A program made the position numbers and the translations under genes. The notes under the pieces were generated by a model. It was not told the origin of the DNA. It saw only the letters and a list, made by a program, of their open reading frames with translations, and searched no databases. From the human T2T-CHM13v2.0 reference genome, Homo sapiens, in the NCBI RefSeq assembly GCF_009914755.1, contig NC_060929.1: DNA of 64,000 bases. One strand, written 5' to 3'. Numbering within the stretch: the stretch's first letter is position 1; the number at the start of each line of letters is the position of its first letter. This document shows, one piece after another, positions 57,165 through 64,000 of this stretch.

Positions 57165-57390
57165 TGGGCTTTCAGCCTGGGCTTGGAGTCAGACAGATCC
57201 AAGTTTGAACCTGGACTTCACTCTTTACCGTCTCTGTAAACACAGATAAATTACTTAACTTCTCCATGTCTCAGTTTCCTCATCTATAAAATGGGGGCAG
57301 TACCTCTGTCTACCTCAGAAGTTTGTGAAAATTAAATAACGTAATACAGCAAAGTGTTTAGCATGACATCTTGCTCTCGTTCAGCATTCA
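57165..57390 (+). mobile_element. MIR SINE
   Basis: ttggagtcagacaga...ttacttaacttctccatgtctcagtttcctcatctataaaatggg. Confidence 0.8.
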
Positions 57391-57796
57391 AACTAAACCA
57401 CTAAGACTAATAACTATCCTTTGGTCTTCTGGTGGTTCATTCATTTTCCCTCTCCTTCCTTTTGTCCATATGCTCCCCATCTGCCTGCTTCCTTGAAAAT
57501 CTACCTCTAAAATGCCTTTCTTGGTTTTGTGTTATCTTAAGGTTTATTATACAGTTGAACTATATCAACACAAGTGGCTTTGTCACCCATGTATCTCTAA
57601 CAGGTGCATCCAACTCCAGATGTACCAAACAATCTAATTGTACTTTTTGTGACCACACTGGTACTTAATGCCCAGTAGTACAGCAGCTTGGGGAATCTGT
57701 GCATGAATGAGAATGAAGGAGTTGAGCGGATGTTGTCTAAAGGGAATCGGCAATCAACATGTAAATGCCTTTTTCTTTCTTTTTGGTTTGTGACAG

Positions 57797-57918
57797 ATAA
57801 TCCAAAGCAAAGTAGTCGAGTACCTCTATATATTAAAGTTCTAGATGTCAATGACAACGCCCCAGAATTTGCTGAGTTCTATGAAACTTTTGTCTGTGAA
57901 AAAGCAAAGGCAGATCAG
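57797..57918 (+). CDS. CDH6: CDH6 exon 9 (EC4/EC5): (N)[40 protein letters not shown]
   Basis: Acceptor tttgtgacag|ATAATC, donor CAG|GTGAGT; 122 nt. Confidence 0.95.
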
Positions 57919-58614
57919 GTGAGTTTCATTAAAAAGTATATTCAAGTTGAACATCAGATTAATTTAGATCTTCTTATCATTCAGATGATTCACAGAGCTG
58001 AAGGAGAGTTGTGAATTATCTATGAAGTGAATGCTACGGAAATTAATACTATAAATAAGAACCAGGACTTACATATGAGAACTAACAGTTTCGAAGAACT
58101 GGAAGTTCATCAAAGACTGAGGCTGATTCCAAATCGATCTTAAGTTTTTATTAAATAGATTAGTCTCACCTTTATTGGAAAAATCTTTATTGGTGAACAG
58201 ATAGTTTAATTACCATATGTACTTGAAGTAATAACTACAACATACTTTATAATTGCCTATAATTCATGATTTCACTTATTTACATTGACCATCTGTGTAA
58301 GTAATACAAATTCATGAATGTTTTATTGTTTTACACATTTGTCCCCACATGAAATAGTTCTTTGCTGCCAGTGATATAAAAATTATGTTTCAGTTTGTGA
58401 AAATAGAAGTACACTGTTAAAGTACATGTGCAAGTAGAAAGCTGAAGTTACTGTGTTCTATATACTTCTTTTTCATTTTTTGCAAGTTGATAGGTTATGT
58501 AATGCTAAGAGTGCATTTCTAGACAGACTGTCCAAAGAGCACTTCTACTTTGTGAAGTTGCAATGTTGTCACCGACTATTGGGATATTTTATAGCTTTGC
58601 ATCACTCAAGGCTA

Positions 58615-58792
58615 AATGTTTCTCAATCAGGGTGATTTCCTCCCTGGGGATATTTACAGTATCTTGAGAGAGTTTGATTGTCACACTAGAAGGTGCTACT
58701 GATATCTCGTGGGTAGAGGCCAGGGTGGCTGCTAAACATCCTACAATGCACAGGACATCCTACAGTGTCCCCACAACAAAGAATCATTCCCT
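58615..58792 (+). mobile_element. MER20 (hAT-Charlie), 3'-truncated
   Basis: tttctcaatcagggtgattt...ttgtcaca..ggtgctactg..atctcgtgggtagaggccaggg.gctgctaaacatcctacaatgcacaggac. Confidence 0.85.
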
Positions 58793-58963
58793 GCCCTTTG
58801 GCTTTCTAACCCATAATAGAGCAGATTCACTGTATATTACTTAAAGGCTATCATTTTTATAATTAAATTTTTAAATCATTTTGTCAAGCAATTTATTGCA
58901 AAACGGTAAGAAACACTTTTGAGTTATCAAAATTTTATGGCAGCGTTTTGGTTTTTCTCTTAG

Positions 58964-59081
58964 TTGATTCAGACCCTGCATGCTGTTGACAAGGATGACC
59001 CTTATAGTGGACACCAATTTTCGTTTTCCTTGGCCCCTGAAGCAGCCAGTGGCTCAAACTTTACCATTCAAGACAACAAAG
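58964..59081 (+). CDS. CDH6: CDH6 exon 10 (EC5): [39 protein letters not shown]
   Basis: Acceptor tttttctcttag|TTGATT, donor AAG|GTAAAT; 118 nt. Confidence 0.95.
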
Positions 59082-59102
59082 GTAAATGAGTTCAAGTTAC
59101 CT

Positions 59103-59188
59103 TCTCTATCTATCTCCATCTATATCCGTAACTGTTTCTGTATGTATATGTGTATATGTATATGTACATATCTGTATCTATATCTATC
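59103..59188. repeat. (TCTA)/(TGTA)/(TA) low-complexity tract in the 180-nt intron 10
   Basis: Seen directly. Confidence 0.75.
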
Positions 59189-59261
59189 TTTTCTTATCAC
59201 AGTTGATTTAATACATGACGCAGTATCCACATACATTCACCACTTTGCTTTCCGGTTCCAG

Positions 59262-59513
59262 ACAACACGGCGGGAATCTTAACTCGGAAAAATGGCTATA
59301 ATAGACACGAGATGAGCACCTATCTCTTGCCTGTGGTCATTTCAGACAACGACTACCCAGTTCAAAGCAGCACTGGGACAGTGACTGTCCGGGTCTGTGC
59401 ATGTGACCACCACGGGAACATGCAATCCTGCCATGCGGAGGCGCTCATCCACCCCACGGGACTGAGCACGGGGGCTCTGGTTGCCATCCTTCTGTGCATC
59501 GTGATCCTACTAG
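59262..59513 (+). CDS. CDH6: CDH6 exon 11 (end of EC5 and first part of TM): (D)[32 protein letters not shown]...[17 protein letters not shown]
   Basis: Acceptor tccggttccag|ACAAC, donor TAG|GTAAAC; 252 nt; overlaps ORF 59312..59623. Confidence 0.95.
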
Positions 59514-59623
59514 GTAAACTGGTTCTCCCTGCCTCCTATCTCCCCATGGTGAGGGGCTCACACTGTTACTGTGACACTCTAGATTTATCTGCCTCCCCCA
59601 TTAAGGCATACAGCCTGATCTAG
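59514..59623 (+). CDS. CDH6: Alternative in-frame extension of exon 11 ([36 protein letters not shown]), giving a 663-aa truncated isoform
   Basis: The frame stays open past the canonical donor to TAG at 59621-59623, which is immediately followed by GTGAGT. Confidence 0.7.
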
Positions 59624-61787
59624 GTGAGTCGAGTTACATACTGAGAATCTGTGCTGTACGATGTGAACTCATTTTTGCTTGCAAATGGCTTTGGAAAATG
59701 AACAGATGTGAAACTTGCTCGTGTCTTTGCTTGCCCAGGAAGCAAAGAATCTCTTGTCTATCAGACTGGGAATGAATCTCGGGGGATTTCAGGGCAACAT
59801 AAATGTGCCCTTTTCATTTCATTCGTTGTGTAATTTTTTTACTTGGAAAACGTTGTTAAGTGTCTGGCATGGAGTGTATGATGAGGGCCCTTTCTATAAA
59901 GGTAAAGTTTAAAGATCTATGGGAAAGTGGGAAGAGGAGTATGATGACTTTTCTCTCATCCTAGAAAAATAAAAACTATGAAATTTTTTTAACCCAGCAA
60001 ACTAATGTTGATTTACCATTTAAATGATTACCTTCTTAGCATTACTCTCTGATTGCCACATGCATAAGGTCTATTCCTCACACTCAACAATAAATAACTT
60101 CTGTGATTGAGGAAATCAGTATGGGGGCCCAAAAGAAATGAATGTAATAAAAATGGAAATCAGGGTCTAACAATGATTCAAATGAAATTTTTACCCCTAA
60201 CCAACTAATTAAGCCTACAAGTCGAGCTCAGATTTCTCAACAGGTCCTTGACTGTGAACTAAGAAATCAAATATTTGTTAATGCAGCCCTTCCAAAAATG
60301 AAAGCAAGATTTGTAAAGCTTGCCTATATAGTGAAAAGAAAAGGTAAGAAGTTAAGAGTCAACCTGAATTATACAGGGGGAAATACTCTTTTTTAAAAAA
60401 TGAAGACAGAGTGACTTTGAGAAGAGTGAAAGAGAACCCGCATTTCACCAAGAACAGAATGCCCAGGGATCCCTGCTCTAGCGCTCCTTCACGCTCCACA
60501 TCAACCCTGCTAACTATAACAGAAGCCTTGAAACTCAACTACAGAACTGCGATTCTCTTTGTCAACTAAGACTTGGGGAAAGTATTTTAAGATATGCACA
60601 TAAATAAAAACTGACAGTGTGCAAAGACAAATCAGTGTTTCTAATGGTGTGAGTCTGTAAGCATTGTTTTGGAAGAGAAAGATATGAATGTTCTTTTTGA
60701 TCAAAAGGGTGATTTTTTAGAAGCCTTGGATTGGTAGGGCTGTACCCAAGGAGTATTCCATGGACTCTTTTTGTCATCTGTGGAAGGAGAGATAACTCTC
60801 ATCTGACAGTGGTGATTCTTCCTTTCTGTCATCATCTACCTCCGCCTTTCATTTCCTTCCTCCCATGAATTCACTGTCTCCTCATGACTTGTAATTGGCC
60901 TCAGTGCCTCCCACATCTTGTTTAATCTCTTTGGAATTCTGTACCTAATAAAAAAGGAGAAAAATGGGATTTAGCCTTTGTTAGGTATACACCATAGGTC
61001 AGATGCTGTGCAAGATGCTTTACAAAGGTTTTTCTCACCTAATCCTCAGCACCATTTGGTGTATAATTATCTGTACCTTAAATATGAAAACTGCAGCTCC
61101 AAGATGTGAAGTAATGTAGCCAAGTCACGTGTCTAACACGTGGTAAAACTAAAGTTCCCAACCTAAATTTTCTTCCCCAGGCTTGGTGCCTGAAGACTGC
61201 ACTCTACTTTCTTTTCAAACTTATGAAATGCAGGGCGATTTCCAGGCCAAAAGACAGCCCAAACTTAAAATGTGACGATTGAAGAAAGTGGAGGAAAATG
61301 AAGCAAAGCCACATTGATATAGGAAGAAATCTGGAGTCCAGAAAGTGGATCATATGGTAATGGATATTTTACAAAAATAAAACAACAGTAAAAACAACTA
61401 GACAACTACTACATCTCATGTCTTATGGTGCCTTAGAACTTGCAAAACTTTCACATTTATTAACTCATTCATGACAATAAGACTGGGCACTGTGCTATTA
61501 ATTTTCTTTTACAAATAAGAAAATAGGCTTAGAACGGTCAAATCATTTAATTTAACCCAGATCTCTTTACCCTCTAGTTTTACGATGAAATTTGAACACA
61601 AATTTGCCCAATTGTCCCTCTATTCCGCCAAAAATCTTACTGCTGTCCTCTGGCTTCAAAAGGGTAAGGGAAAGGGGGAGACTCAGTTCCTGCTGAGGGC
61701 ACCTCATAGGGCATCACTTTCTAAGAATGTGTTTGCCCCATGTGCTTAGCAATCACATTTTCACTTTATAAAAGTTAGCTCTGAGAG

Positions 61788-62021
61788 CTCTCCTTCTAGA
61801 CAGCGACACTCTCAAGAAATCCTGTTCAGATGTGCATTGGGCTAATGAGAAAAGATATAAGCAGTTTTAGCTGTAGAAGAATTAGACCTTGAATAAATGC
61901 CTTTGATTTTTTGAAAGTGCCCTCTCCCTTCTAGACAGTTGCGCTTTCAGACGTGCATAAGACTAAAATAAAAGCTATAGATACCTTAAGCCAGGGAAGA
62001 ATTAGGAGGTGATAAATGCCT
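61788..62021. repeat. Old degenerate tandem duplication (~100-125 bp units)
   Basis: Both copies share, in order, ccttctagacag, ttcagaYgtgcat, aaaagNtata, gaagaattag and ataaatgcct. Confidence 0.7.
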
Positions 62022-62284
62022 GCCCCTTGCCTTACGTGACTGAATGAGCCCATGTACATAAGAGCTTAATTCTTGGAGAGACAGTTGGCTTGATTCTGTT
62101 CTCTAATCCCAATGGATGTCCTTACTTCCAACCCTCTGTTTTGCAAATCCGTGTCATTGTTCACACTGGCAACCAGTATGAAAGGTAGATCATGAGCATC
62201 CCTCTGCCCAAAGCCCTGCAGTGCTCTTCATGTCTTTGCTCAAATTATGCAACCTCCCTCCGATAACATATACAAAACTGTGCT

Positions 62285-62835
<551 letters not shown>

Positions 62836-62989
62836 CCCTGAATGGTTGCATCAAACAAGGCATCAGGATACTTTCTGGCAGCAAAAGAGGGTGCATACAA
62901 CTACAAAACCACACACTTGAAAGTGGCAAAGTTACATTTCCTTTGGAAATAGTCTATACTCCAAATCTGCTTCAAAACATGGCAATTAT

Positions 62990-63205
62990 GAATGCAGGCT
63001 TTTTAGTCTGACCAACCTGAATTTGAATTGCATGTACCTGTAACATCTTTAAACTTCAACTTCCTCTTATGTAAAATGGGGTTTTAATGATGGTATCTAC
63101 TTGTAGGGCTATTATGATAATTAAATGAGATTCAGTATGTTAAGCACTTAGTACAGGGCTTAACACATGGAAAGCTCTCAACGGGTAACCAATTATTATT
63201 ATTAA
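62990..63205 (+). mobile_element. MIR SINE
   Basis: ttcctcttatgtaaaatggg...attaaatgaga..tatgttaagcacttagtacag. Confidence 0.7.
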
Positions 63206-64000
63206 TACTAATGAAATTTTAATATATAGATACATGGGTGTGCCTACATCTATTATTATATAGGTAGTTTTGTGTACTCACTAAAAAGGCATTATTCTGT
63301 AATTCTTATTGCAGTAATTCAGTTTTCATGTCTCATAAAAATTGGGCCTTGTTATGGATAAAATAGTAAAGAGACATTACTGTGACTTCCTGTAATACAC
63401 TCCTCTGCACAAACCCAGTTTAACAATTCACTTTTTGGCCTAGATGGCTGTTTTCTCTCTAAGCTTTTACTGTGTTTTTATTTTTTCACCCATATGTCCA
63501 TTCATAGATAGATGTGTCTCTCTACAAGTAGCCAGCTGTGTTCCACCCAGCCAGCTGTGAAGAAAGATCAGGAGCTATTTAAACGCAATTCTTGTTTTAC
63601 CTCTAATTTGAGTTAGGAGGGAAAAAATCAAAAGAATGAACATTCTCAGTAACAAACTTATAGAACATGAACCTTTGAAAAATAAAAAATAAAAAATCTC
63701 ACTTACATGTATTTATTTCATTTAGCTCAAACAGAAATAATATGGCATGTGGATTCTTACCTGCCCCCTTCAAATTAGCCAATCTCAAAATCCAAAATGG
63801 CTTTCTGAATTATATCTGGGTCTCTCCAGGTATTTTCTGGAATAATATTGCTTTATATGTAGGAAAGGTATGCAAATATTCAGTGTCTACTTTGGATTTT
63901 AAACTAATTTTACACTTTTCTCAGGTAAAAAAAAAAAAGGCATAGCGCAAAAGTTATTTTAGATGTGGAGTTGTGCAAACCCTTCAACACATTCCCAAAG

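Overview
This is AT-rich, CpG-poor primate (very probably human) genomic DNA covering most of the type II classical cadherin gene CDH6 (cadherin-6/K-cadherin) on the + strand. Ten GT-AG exons (8935-9290, 35534-35828, 38864-38983, 41039-41206, 43686-43873, 46748-47001, 54907-55043, 57797-57918, 58964-59081, 59262-59513) splice into one uninterrupted frame of 1882 coding nt. That frame encodes the signal peptide, a prodomain ending in RSKR, EC1-EC5 and the first part of the transmembrane helix. Exon numbers assume one upstream non-coding exon. The promoter, first exon and last (cytoplasmic-tail) exon lie outside the window. Introns are filled with Alu, L1, L2, MIR, MaLR LTR and hAT/Tigger relics plus microsatellites. 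Nearly all ORF-track entries are spurious or repeat-derived, and no prokaryote-type system (CRISPR, operon, etc.) is present. The most interesting signals are: (1) an in-frame extension of exon 11 whose stop codon is fused to a consensus splice donor (TAG|GTGAGT), predicting an NMD-escaping cadherin without a cytoplasmic tail; (2) a tailless ~80-bp Alu flanked by a perfect target-site duplication; (3) a uORF in exon 2; (4) an intact antisense MaLR provirus; and (5) several local duplications. Repeat subfamily names and repeat boundaries were judged by eye and are approximate.
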